A DNA stretch of 49,306 nt, filler included, from Ionaspis alba (taxonomy: Eukaryota), in NCBI GenBank assembly GCA_964255285.1. It is 2 parts of 2 records of this genome, joined end to end, with 100 filler letters (N's around TTAATTAATTAA, not from the genome) between each part and the next. Parts side by side here need not be neighbours in the genome. Positions count along the whole stretch, not along the records: positions 24,730 to 49,306 come from CAXUUL010000171.1; 1 more part is not named here. One strand, written 5' to 3'. Both the position numbers and the translations under genes were made by a program. Below the pieces are notes generated by a model. That model was not told the DNA's origin and made no database searches. It was given only the letters and a program-made list of their open reading frames with translations. This document shows positions 25,043-37,041 of the stretch, in pieces; within the stretch, counting starts at the first letter, position 1, and each line of letters starts with the position of its first letter.

Positions 25043-26110
25043 ATGCAGCTTACACAACTCCTTCCGGTCATTGCTCTCTCGATTTCTGTCGCACTCGCTG
25101 GCCATGATGAGAATGTCATGCTATGCAATTGCCGCGACGGGAACGGAGTCCTATCCTCGCAAATGGCCTATTACTCCGGTGATCCCAATTCTTCTCCGCA
25201 AGCACTTGCCAATGTCGACAGCGATTTTGGCAAAACCGTGGTCTGGGAGGGTGGAAGACCAGTAGAGGGAGCCTTTGCTGATACCGACGTTTTCACCTCG
25301 GTAATTGCCAAGCCTGTTGGGGAGGGGGCCTATGCTGGAACGGGCAACAATAAATACGGACCTTTCTTTTGCTATCGCAACTACCGCGAGAACCTCTATA
25401 CCTCGGACGGGAAGACCTGCTCGTCCATCTACGCCTGCAACCACAGAGCTCCCGGCGTCGATATAGCGGTTTCGGTGCCAGGAGCCGACTACGTCGAGAT
25501 GGACGGTTGGCACAACCCGAGGGACATCCTATGGGCTGTCTGGGCCAAACGTTTGGAGCGCAGCTGCGATGAATCACCTTACGACCTTGGCAACGGATGT
25601 CAGATCCAGTTTTCGTGCCACGGAGACATCCCTTGGGCTACTACAAACGGTATGGCCACCACGCTTGTCGATGTCGTCTCCAAGCAGAAAGATCTTGTTC
25701 AGCAGCAAGCCGTCAAGAAGCGAGTCTGCACGGATCCTTGCACCGAGAACCCTGGGCCGAAGCGAGGCTGTTGTGGCTGGGAGACACAGACGATCTGGAC
25801 TACGAAAATGGCAAGGTCGGTGGAGATTGTAAGTCTTGACCAGATTCCTTCATCGTCCATGGATACGGAGAACTAATTGATGCGTGCAACACAGTATGTT
25901 TCAAACGCCGATACGCAGAGCGATCAAGGTTCCCTAAGATATGAGCTGTCGTGCCCGGTCAAACAGGCCAACTGCGGACTTGCAAAACTCTTCTCAGCTG
26001 GTTTATCAGCATTGTCTGCGGCGGTGGTTCCAGAACTCTTCTTGGTGAAGGCTGCATTTGGGGTCGAAGCTGCTGCCTTTTCTGCGGGCGCTGCTGTCAG
26101 TTGCGGATAA
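25043..26110 (+). CDS. Secreted cysteine-rich two-domain protein (effector/toxin-like), 333 aa
   Basis: Exons 25043-25828 and 25895-26110 (GTAAGT..CTAAT..CAG intron). Signal peptide MQLTQLLPVIALSISVALA, 15 Cys, a KKR site, and a C-terminal hydrophobic Ala/Gly-rich stretch bounded by Cys. Confidence 0.85.
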
Positions 26111-26408
26111 GAAAAAGGACAGGGTCGTGGACCCACGCTGGATCATGTAGTACACAATCGTAGAACGCTGTTTTTAAGCTGCAATATGAATTTATTTAGA
26201 AATCTTCTGCGCCGCTTTCTGAGCCCTCGCATCGCACCATGGGCAATCTGTGGTAATACAGCTTCGCCAAGACTTTTAACAAAATAGACTTTAGAACCCA
26301 GCTCTCCGCCAAACTCCTACCACAACACCGTAGCTTTTACAGCAAACGATCAGTCGACCTCAACGGCATTCTACGGTCCCTCCGCACAGGGATGACCAAT
26401 TCCAATCA

Positions 26409-26782
26409 ATGGCCACGGCACCCAAACCCAGACTCCGGCTCATCATCCTCACGGTCTCCGTCGCAGCCATAACAGCAACAGGAGCTTTGTACGGCGCTGG
26501 TCTAAAGTTCAAGCAAGACTACGAAAAGGCATCTCCCGTCTCTCCCTTCCTGAACATCCTCTTCGGCGACATTGGGTTTCAGACACTTATGATTATGTGC
26601 AGGAGGTCGCCGCCGTTAGACAAGCCACACCCGCCGAACGGGTCGCACTGCTCGAATCCGCACGTGGGCAATTGGTGACTAAGAAGATGGGATTGGAGAG
26701 GAAGATACAGGAATTGGAAGCTAGGAGGGCGAGTGCGAGTTGGGAAGAGGCAGGGAGAGGGCGGGAGAGGAGGCGGTCTTGA
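26409..26782 (+). CDS. Small single-TM coiled-coil protein (99 aa) of a fungal family of unknown function
   Basis: Exon 26409-26528 (RLIILTVSVAAITATGALYGAGLK) and exon 26603-26782 (RQATPAERVALLESARGQLVTKKMGLERKIQELEAR). They join in frame only through a GC..AG intron at 26529-26602. Confidence 0.7.
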
Positions 26783-27176
26783 AAGGGGGGAAAGGAGGGG
26801 CTATTGCGGGATTGGGATGAGACAAGATGAATTGGACGCTATTGCATGCGTCATGCTGGATTTCCACCACCGATGTTGTCCTATCCGTTGACTCTGGAAG
26901 TGCGACCATTAACGGGGAGGTCCCACGCATGCTGTTGGTTCTAATATACAAAATTGGAAAACGCCGAATGGGCTGATGGAAGGACGTTATTTGCGCCGTC
27001 GACTCAGTTACAAGAGTACTACCACAATTGCGAAAAGCTAGCTTCTCCAGAAGTCTCCGACTGCATTCGAATACCTCAATCAACGGTGTACCACGCAATC
27101 CGACCTGCCCACAACAAAACACACGGAAGCACGATTCTGCCCACTTATATCTGTGCGGTCGAAACGGCAGTACACA

Positions 27177-28623
27177 TCATTTTGGTGGCTGTAGAGGTTT
27201 CCGATGCCTAGATCTGTGGGGACCTGGAGAGCTTCTCGTTATAGAAAGATCGAGGATCTCAATCGGGTCGTCTGCTGCCTCCTGCTTGAGAGACACCTCC
27301 GTCCGCGCCTCGATTCCCTTTCTAGTGGTCTGATATTTCGGCTTTTCCACCGGCGACTCCCAAAGCACGACGCAGTCATCATAACCGCCCTTGGCCTCGA
27401 TATCCATTTCCGATTCTTCGTCTCGAGCAGGCTTGCCGGGTTGTCGCTGATTGAGGTCTTGTGACAGATGGATCTGCCGAATGGTTTGGCTGTTTGTCTG
27501 TGCAGTATCTCTGGCATGCATTGACCGTTTGGCTTTCGGCATGATTGCTTCTTCTTCCATGGTCCGAAGACGTTTTTGACCCGACGGAGGTGCATGTATG
27601 GAGGTCGCCAGCGAAGCGGCCTGTGATGAGCTCCGGCATTTGGTTGTTTGAGTGGCCGTCTTGTTGATGATTTGGATGGCCGAGTCTTCTGACCCTTCTC
27701 GAACATGTCTGGTGCTCAAGGAGTGCTTGGCCTTGATCTTTGCTTCTCGAGAAGCCTTAAGATTTGGTTGGTTCGGTGCCTCCCAACTGCTCACAATCCC
27801 ATCTAGCTGGCGTTTGATCCTGGATCTTGCTTCCTCGCGAATTGCTTCGCGTCCTAGTTTGCCATTCTCAAGACTCTTGAGGATCGTTTCATATCGGGTT
27901 CTGGTATGCCTGGCATGAGCTCTCACAGCAAGCATGATCTTCCTCTCATCGATAAGGGTGGTCGACCTGCCTACGCGTCCACTGCCTTTCTCGAAACTGT
28001 GCTGCAAGACGATTTCGACGGATTTTAAAGGCATCCTGGGGAAGCGGCGGACGATTGTTTCGCGAGCTTTGGCAATATACCTATCATCCTTGGCACGCAC
28101 TGCATCTCTTCTATCACAAGCGGAGGCAGCCGCTTCCGCTTTGACTTCTTCATAAATCTTTTTCGGACAACGAAGCCCGATTTGCTTATTGGTCTTGGCA
28201 TCCTGGAGTTATGAGACTTCCTGTGGGCATTGAGCTGCATTATAGGACTTACTTGGACGATATAGAGCGTGTCTCCAGTCTTTGAGGTCAGGGATCGACT
28301 GGCCTTGGTTAGCTTGAAACTAGAGGGAGTGTTGTGAAGTATACCAGTGACGAGTTATGTAGACGTCCCCTAGCAAATCATTTGAGATCTCATCAGGCAG
28401 ACGTTCCGTAGTTCGATCACTGACCTTTAGGGACAAAAGCGTACCCTTTGGGCAGAGTGGAGTTACTGTCTGCAATCTTGTTCGTAGACAGTTTTTAGCA
28501 TAACATCCTGCGAATGTCAAAGTTACACGCGTGAAGTCATCGTACCTTTTCAAAGTTAGGATTTCGCGGCAATACCAACTTAGGTCGGGATTTTCGGATA
28601 GTCGTTGACTTCGGATTTGCCAT
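27177..28623 (-). CDS. DUF2293 domain protein
   Basis: Exons 28623-28546, 28476-28425, 28369-28345, 28298-28253, 28202-27177 join in frame to give PKGYAFVPKGDVYITRHCRSLT..IGLRCP. The DUF2293-like core follows (FPRMP..IVLQHSFEKGSGRVGRS..LAVRAHARHTRTRYE..EARSRI..SSW), then a low-complexity tail. Confidence 0.85.
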
Positions 28624-29074
28624 TGGGCTTAATGACAGAGCCTCAAGGACTGAAGATAAGTCGAGGAAGTGCTGTTGCATCTTAAGTGTTTCAACTGTCA
28701 ACGGTCTGTCAGGGGTGTCTGTTGACAGGCGCCCGGAATGTGGCTCAAAAGTCCCTGACGTGGCTGAATCGTGCGAGTGGCTGCACCCTCAGATTTAGAG
28801 TTCCAGGGTCCAGGTAAAAGGCTTGGTCCAGAACTTTGGCGTGCTGGAGGAAAGAAGGTCGAGTTTCAGTTTCCCGGCGAACGCGATGTCCGAAGGCAGA
28901 TCCTCTAGTCTCGTTGTATTGCACGCCAATCTGGTCTTTGTTCGCCATGTTCTCAACTTCCAGCTGGACGAGTGAGCTCGGTGCAACATGAAATGTGAAT
29001 TGCCTGACGATGATAGGTTGATCGTGGGAACTGAACTCATGAACGAATTCCTTGCGAACATACCCTATTGAGCA

Positions 29075-32000
29075 ATGTCGAAGCACGTTATTTCCCAGTC
29101 TGCCATCACTAGGTCCGATCGCATTCGAGAACGGGAGCTCTTCCGGTACTATCAACCAAGTGACAAGCTCGACATATGCCAAGAGACAAACGAGGATTCG
29201 AAAAATGTGGAGGTCAAGAAAGCATCGTCGCCTGATGTGACATTGACTGCTCTTGCGCAGTTGGTCGCTATTCGCCTCAATGTCAAGACAGTATTGATCA
29301 AGTATAGAAATTTTTTCACTGGTGGAGTCCTGTAATGTGCTGACTGGATTTTAGTGTTATCACGAAGGACACACAGTGGACTATCAGCGAGGGTACCAAA
29401 ACTTTAAACCTCGCAGACACTACGAAGGCCGCCGAAGAAGGGGATCATCTATGGATTGGTTGTGGAAGTCTGGCCAAAGAAGAATCGCTATGTGAGGTGC
29501 GTGCTATTAGTTCCGTGTTACATCCTGTACCAGGACTAAGCTGTGCAGAATACTGTGAATCTTCCCGCAGTCCTCGGTGGGACAAGCCCTTTCTTCACTG
29601 TACCAGATCTCAGTGAGGACAAGCGGTTCAACCATCTCTTCTATGTGACAGAAACTCCTTTTTGGCGATTCTATGCCGGATGTCCAATCCGCACTGTTCG
29701 TGGGGTAAATATTGGAGCGCTGTGTATATTGGACGATAAGCCACGATCTGGCCTCAATGATGAAGAACAAGCTTTCTGCGACTCCATCGCGCAGACTGTC
29801 ATGCATCAGTTGGAGATGAAGCGAGAAGGCGAGGAGCGGAAGAAAGCTGCACGGATGTCAAAGGGCTTGAACGCATTTGTGGAGGGCAAGTCCCATATCG
29901 AGGAGAAAACGGATGATAACAGATTATCTCCTGATTCCAGATTGGTGGAAACATCTTCTCCGCGGACACTGAATCTGCAAGGCAGTTCAAGTGATGACGC
30001 GACGGGGATCATACCACGTGTGCTCACCTCTATCGAACGTCACCCACAAAGCAGGCCAATGCAGACAGACAATCAATCGCCTACTGATCCGCGGGGGGGG
30101 CCTCCACTTCGAGATGCCGAGGCAGGAAAAAGGAGGACGCTTGACCGTGCTGCCAATCTTTTGCGGCACTCACTGGATCTCGAGGGTCATGGTGGTGTTG
30201 TATTCCTCGACACCACTGTTGGCTTCAGCAATCCTGACGATGACCCAAATTCGAGCTCTGGAGACGAAGACAACAACACGTCTAGACCACCATCCATGCT
30301 GTATCATTCCAATGTCGGAAACATCTTTGGGAGCATCTCGGAGGAGCACCGAAAGATGGCCGACATACTCGCACAAGCTACACCTGAGCATACCGGTGAA
30401 CAAGGTACAATTTTCTCCTCATTGGACGAGCATTTCCTTCAACTGATCCTCAAACGACATCCTCGAGGCAAATTGTGGTCTTTCGATGAAGAAGGTGGGT
30501 TTTCATCTTCAGAAGAGGAACGACGATTTTCGCGCAGTAGCAGGTCCACGGATGAGCATTCACAATCGAGAGCACATCGAAGGTATGCAGAAGCTCGGCA
30601 TTTGCAACGATGCTTTCCGGATGTTCGCCAATTGCTCTTCGTTCCGGTCTGGGAGGCATCGTCATCCCGCATATACTCCGCCTGTTTCGCGTGGACTAGC
30701 TCAGCACATCAGCTCTTCTCCTCGGAAAACCAGCTCAACTTTCTGACTGCATTTGGGAACAGCATTTCTGCCGAGATTTCGCGGCTCGAAATGATGGCGG
30801 CGGATCAACAGAAAGGGGATTTCATTGGATCAATATCACATGAACTTCGCTCTCCACTGCATGGTGTCCTTGCAAGTGCTGAGTTCTTAGCAGAAACTGA
30901 GTGTGATTCCTTCCAAAGCGGTCTTGTCAGTACAATTGAGAGTTGCGGGCGCACTTTACTCGATACCATAAACCACGTCCTTGACTTTAGCAAGATTAAT
31001 TCTTTCGAGCGCAATTTTCGCAAGACGAAGAAGAAAATCAGCGACGGACGAGCAAGCTCCCAGGAGACTCTTGCAAGGACACCAAATGTCCAAGGCTTGC
31101 TGAATATCTTTGCAACTACTGATGTTGCAGCTGTGTGTGAAGAGGTTGTCGAGGGAGTTTATATGGGCCAGGTGTACCAGGACATAAGCTCAATGGACAT
31201 TTCCGACATCACTGCGGGGAACAGAGGTCGGACTTCTCAGAAAGGTCTCGCTGGCTCAGATCGGGCATTATTAGGAGGATCTGCAGGAAAGGCTAGTGGC
31301 AAGATTCTTGAGGTTATACTCGATATTACGGAAGGGGATTATACATTCACCACACAGCCTGGAGCACTTCGAAGAGTTATCATGAACTTGTTCTCAAACT
31401 CGCTGAAGTATACTGAGAAAGGCACAATTACGGTTAAGCTTGAGCTGCGGGAGCTTCCTAACAACACCAATGCCGTCGAAGACAAGCCGAATGGCAAGCT
31501 ACTTTTTCTGACGGTGACTGACACAGGTAAAGGCATTGGAAGCCACTACCTGAAGACACGTTTATATACTCGTAAGTATCATGAAGCTCCCATTTCAGCC
31601 TCAGGCTAACACTACATAGCTTTCGCACAGGAGAACAACCTGGCACCAGGAACAGGGTATGGAGTCGTGAAGTATCACTCAACCGAAATGTGCTGACCTT
31701 TTCTGTGCAGTTTGGGCCTGTCTATAGTTCGTAGCATAACCAACATGCTCGGAGGCTCCATCGATATACATAGCGAGCTTGGTCGTGGTACGGAAGTCAA
31801 AGTCGTCATTCCAATGATGAAACAATCAGATTCGGAGACGCCGATATCGACCCCAAGCACCATGTCTTCAGCGGATAGGTCACACGACAATTCTGTCAGC
31901 ATACTCAAAGCCAGAGCCTCGGGTCTGACGGTAGCGCTCTTCGGCTTCGAACCTCGATCATTCACCACTACTTCGATTCCTCCAGTCTTAAGACACTATG

Positions 32001-33219
32001 TCACTTCATGGTTCGGACTTCAAATCGTGGATCACGAGGAGAGCACGGCGGACATTATTATCGTCGATGAAGAAGATGCATTACAACTCTTGTCGGGAAC
32101 GTTACCGCATGGCTCTTCCGTGATTGTTCTTTGTGGTTCTACCTCAAGACGCGCTCACACTACAATACCAAAGGACGGTCTTCATGCTATCGAATACGTC
32201 TCCAAACCATTCGGACCCTACAAGCTCGCGAAAGCACTGCAGCTATGCCTGAAAGACGCAGAAAACCTGCGCGAGCAGCTGCGATCATTGCCCGGCTTGT
32301 CAAACTCCATGGTCCGCAACGATATTCCGACCATGGATTTCCGAGCTATGTCGTTGGGGAACATCGACTTCGACACTCATAGTAGTGCTGCCGATAGTAG
32401 TACAACTGTGATAGCAAACGATTCAACGAATGCTCAAATGGCCCTCACAACCCCGCGAGCTGATGGACTAAGTCCTGAAGACGGAGTTCGACCACCCGAC
32501 TTCCCTTTTCCTGACCAGTCGAAGCCTGGTGGTACTTCCGAATCCACGCTCGACAGTGAATCCCCTTGGCAAGAGTCGAAGCGTCCGTCTCTCGTAGAAC
32601 GCAAAACGGACCCAACCCTCACCAAGACCGCTTGGACGGAGTCGGAGCCAGAAACCGCTGCGACAGTCAGTCAGCAAGGTATATCGCCTACCCAGCCTCT
32701 ACCTTCTCCTGAGTCCGCGGCCCCTCGCATTCTTGTCGTCGACGACAACAAGATCAACCTGCGGCTCCTAAGGACGTTCATGATAAAGAGAAAGTACCAG
32801 GATGTTGACGCAGCCGAAGATGGCAAACTTGCTGTTCAGGCCTTCCAACAGCGAGAGGAGGGCTACAACATCATCTTTATGGGTACATTTACTACCCACT
32901 ATCCACTCAACGGGTATCCTGCTAACCACTTCATCCAACAGATCTCTCCATGCCAATCATGACCGGTTTCGAAGCCACCCGAGCCATCCGCGCAATCGAA
33001 GAAATACGCCGCACGACTGCCCGGACCGGCGAATTCAAACCAGCGCTCATTATCGCGCTTACCGGTCTCGCATCAGGCCGTGACCAGAGCGATGCCTTTA
33101 CCAGCGGAGTCGATCTCTTTATGACGAAACCGGTTTCGTTCAAAGAAGTGGGCAAACTTCTCGATAATTGGGAGCTGAACCATGGGACTGCACCTCTGAC
33201 CACCATCAGCGATTTCTAG
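29075..33219 (+). CDS. Hybrid sensor histidine kinase (GAF-HisKA-HATPase-receiver; fungal group I-like)
   Basis: Exons approx. 29075-29301, 29355-29496, 29549-31571, 31620-31656, 31711-32882, 32942-33219. GAF (RFYAGCPIRTVRGVNIGALCILDDKPR), H-box FIGSISHELRSPLHG, N-box RRVIMNLFSNSLKYT, G1 DTGKGI, G2 GTGLGLSIV, and receiver ILVVDDN..FMDLSMP..ALTG..KPV. Confidence 0.93.
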
Positions 33220-33598
33220 CCGGGAGAGGAAGACCTTATACAGGGCAAGGAGCGGGATTGATGAGTACGACGATAGTGACTGAATTTCAGCGTTTCTAGG
33301 AGGGCAGCATGCGCATTGGCTTTTGCGGCAGGAAGCGGTACATAATTGCCTAGACCAACAAACAGCGTTGGTGGCATCCAGAGCTTGGTTGTGTCCATAG
33401 AGTCTTTACACGATTAGACGCATTAGATACTGTGACGAGTGTCCAAGACCGTCTTTTGCGCCTAATGCCGCTATGTCTGATCCATTATAGATCAACCGTT
33501 GTATCAACGCCCGTCCACGCCCTCAAGAACTAGATTTTATACCCATCCACACCAGCCGTGTCACATCGTCTTCGCAATCACTCATATCCTCTGGCCCT

Positions 33599-35193
33599 TT
33601 ACACCTCCCCTTCCAACCTCCCCGCCCTCGACCTCTGCGGCCTATACCGCATCCACCACAGCCAAGCCAGAGCCACAACGAATGTAAGCGGCACCGCGGA
33701 CGCCACATAGACCCACCAGATCTCACTGACCAGAAACATCGACCCGCCATCGCCCGTAGGGGTCAGAGCGAAGAAATTCGTGCCAAAGAGACTGCTGACG
33801 AAGGTGGCGGGAAGGAAGAGCATGGTCAGCGAGGCGATAGTTTTCATGGCCGAGGAATCTTTGCGCATTTCGCGCGCCATCAGGATGTTGGTTTGGGCGT
33901 CGAGATTGGCGGTTAGGTTGTACAGCTTTAGGGGTGATGGGTAGTCAGCAAGAGGTAAGATGTATGGGCGAGAAGGAGGTTGCAGCCTTACCAGAGCGAT
34001 GAAATTCTGCACCCGTTGCCGCCGCCACTGCAGCCGTCGCAGGATATTAGAACAGGCGTCTTTGAGGGAGAGGAAAGCGTCTTTGATGCGCTCGTGTAGA
34101 TGCAGATCGAGGTGCGCATAGCCCGCCTTCGCTTTCACACCCGCTTTGTATACGCGAGCGAAGCGGTCCAGGTCGCGGAGTAGATTGGTGATATTGGAGA
34201 GATCCCGACCCGTGCGGTGCGCGCTGACGATGAAATATCGCTCTAGCTGATGCAGGGCTTGGACGTCCTGTTTGAGGACGTCAGCGCGAAGGGTGCCCAT
34301 GGAAGGGTTCTCGAGGAAGCGCTTTTCGACAGCGAGCATGTCTGTGAGGCGGTTTTTCATGTCTTCCGTGCGGGTTTCAAGCTCTTCGGCTAGGAGCGTG
34401 AGGTGGATTGTGAAGGGGTGGAAGCGCGGGGTAGGAGTGGAGGGGAGAGCGGAGAGGTTGGGAGGTTTAGCGCGGGAGATAAGATATGTTGTACGGCCAG
34501 TTAGGTAGGAGTAGCGGCAATAGACTGGGTGGTGGGGACGTTCCATTAGTTTGGGGTCGTTGACGCGGAGGTCGATGGGGTCGACGGTGTGGTTTTCGCG
34601 GAGGTTGTACCATATTTCTAGTTGTGTTTAGATTTTTGAAGGCTGTAAGGAACGTTTTGTGTGGGACGTACCGAAAGTGGGGTTGTCATCCTCGTATTTC
34701 ATGCTGCTGTAGTAGCACGATTTCATCTTGCTCGTCACCTACTTGAAGCTCAGTATGGATGGATTGACAACATGGAGGCACCGTCCTACATAATGCAAGC
34801 CTCTAGATTCGCTAAATAATGACTGCGCTTCTAACATGCCGATAAGGATGTGAGGATTGGTGGTCGAGGAGTCTTCTAGATCATGGGAGCTGACTTTCCG
34901 CCCAAAATGTAGGTTGTCTTCAATCGAGGTCAACTAAATGTCTTCATAAAATTGAGGCAGGACGCGGCAAGAACTGTGGCTACAATCACTCAGATGGATC
35001 ACAAAAGGCGCGTACTTCGCTCTGTAATAAACTCATATTGAGGATGATCATTCGGATCTTGGCGAGGGTCTGCGAAGCCGTAGACCATTGATAAAATATC
35101 ATGATCGGAAAGGTCACTACTGCTTGACGCAGTATGTTGCAGATCAGGACGAGATGTATCAGAGAACATTGGATCTAAAGGAATAGCATTCAT
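33599..35193 (-). CDS. CorA-like (two C-terminal TM) membrane protein; 5' exon structure uncertain
   Basis: C-terminal DSSAMKTIASLTMLFLPATFVSSLFGTNFF..WWVYVASAVPLTFVVALAWLWW. Clear exons 34618-33992 and 33925-33599. Coding-like pieces between 35193 and about 34670 could not be joined unambiguously. Confidence 0.7.
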
Positions 35194-35840
35194 CGCAACA
35201 GTAAACTGAGAGTAAGAGCAAGAGATATGATGAAAACAGAGTGGTGTTCTTCAACTCTTAGGGAAATACTCGTCTTTATGAAGCTGAGATTCGAAGCGAT
35301 GAGGCTCTAAGTCGCCGCAGAACAAGCATTATGCAAGCGGTGTCTTTAGGAACGCCCCGATGGAGCAATACTAGTATATGCCATGTCTTGATTGGATGGT
35401 GAGGCTTAAATAGATTGAGGTCTTCTGCAGCCATTATCGCGGCCGGCAGCTTAGACTCATAGGAGTTTAGCATCAGCTCCAGATCGAGACAATGTAGGGG
35501 TCTAAGCGAGAGTGAGATCAGATTAGGTTTAGATCTCGGCAGATTGAGCCCGAGGGACCGAGCCCCTGAAAAGGCCTAGTTCTGTTGACTCCAGCAGCTC
35601 CAAATGGACGGGCATGGCAAACGAATAGATCATGGAAAGATGGGTAATATGGGAACCAAGATCGTCGATTGGCAGACTGCCCGGACAATCAAAGAGAGCT
35701 TGAGATGAGTATGAAACAGATTCTTTCAGGTTGCCGCACGGGCTGCGCCCGCCAGGAGGCGGCACAGCACATTCCTCTCCCTCTGTACTTAATCACCAAC
35801 TATCCGACTCAAATCAAGACCTTGACTTACCGCTGTGGTT

Positions 35841-36732
35841 ATGATTGAGTTCTCTGCTTGCGATATGCTCCCCACAGAAGTCGAGATTTCAAAAGAGATG
35901 CCTCCGTTATCGACTTCGAAAGATCTTGAAAATCAACAAGACTGTGATGGCTCGTCTCCGAAGCCGCCAAGCCATATCTCAGCCCTCCATCACCTCACCA
36001 TAACACTGTCTATCGTCAGCTTGTTCTTGGTGCTCCAATGCCAGGAATTAGTTGAAGCTGGGACTTTTCATAGTCCGGGGTCAACGTCTAATCACTTGAA
36101 GACCAGATTGACTCCTGTCTGGCGTGGGATAATCATTGCTGTAGGTTTCCGTAATTATTTGATGCTTTTAAATCTCTAGCTTCATATACTCTTGAAAACC
36201 AGCTGCTCATTCGGACCCAGGCTCTCCTTCCGCCCTCAAACGCTATAATCGGCTTCTTCTATATGTATATCAAACGGCGAAGCGTTCCTTTCCTGTGGGC
36301 AGCTCCCACCTACTTTGTGTCGTTTCTCTTCTCCTTGGTTGCCAGTATCCCAATCATGTTCCTCAACAATAAGATGGGGAGCCCATGTGACGGTTTCAAG
36401 GACCAAGACAGTGCTATAGGACTAGACAGATGCAAGCGCTCTGCCAAGGTCTTATGGTATTTGCAGATGATCGCTTTAATGATTATGTTTGTCATCAGGT
36501 AGGCTTGACCCCAACGCATGCCCATCTAGGAGGTCGTCGGTCAGTCAGGAAGCAAAAACCAAATAGAGCCTCTGCTAATATTAAGGTTCGCCGTCGCAGC
36601 ATCATATATTTTGTTCTGCTCATGCTCCGTTGCAAAGCCGACTTCGGAAACGAGAGGGTGGAGATTGCTACGAGGAGGCAGATTTTCATGGACGATGTTG
36701 CAAATCAATGGAAGAGCTTTGAGAAGCATTGA
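35841..36732 (+). CDS. Hypothetical multi-pass (about 4 TM) membrane protein
   Basis: Exons approx. 35841-36140, 36221-36498, 36600-36732 with GT..AG introns. Hydrophobic segments LTITLSIVSLFLVL, IIIAALLPPSNAIIGFFYMYI, FVSFLFSLVASIPIMFL and LQMIALMIMFVISIIYFVLLML. A Cys pair lies in one loop. Confidence 0.6.
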
Positions 36733-37041
36733 TCACACTACTGTGGAAGCTTTGCAGGCAGGACACGAAAAAATAACACAGAGCTTTGGATCTGGCAATG
36801 TTTATAATGCCGAGTCTACTAAACAAGCATTTTTAGTCCCTGCTATGTTGCTCCAGCCGAAACTTAGTACTGGAACCATGGCTGTATAAATGACCAGCGT
36901 CTCTTTAAATCTCAATGTGGCGTCTTCCCACTCCTCACGTTCTTAAAATCTACCGCAAGCTTTCAACCTGCATTTCATCATCCCCAAGAACTGTTGCTCA
37001 TATCTGTTGCTCTTGCAGGAAATCTTGCTTCCACATCTACT

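Noticed and set aside
25043..26782. Toxin-immunity pair made of the secreted protein and the adjacent small TM protein
   Set aside because: The small protein appears to belong to a widespread fungal family, and nothing in the sequence links the two beyond adjacency.
28745..29182. 145-aa ORF on - strand
   Set aside because: Overlaps the kinase start and the shared promoter; no recognisable domain.
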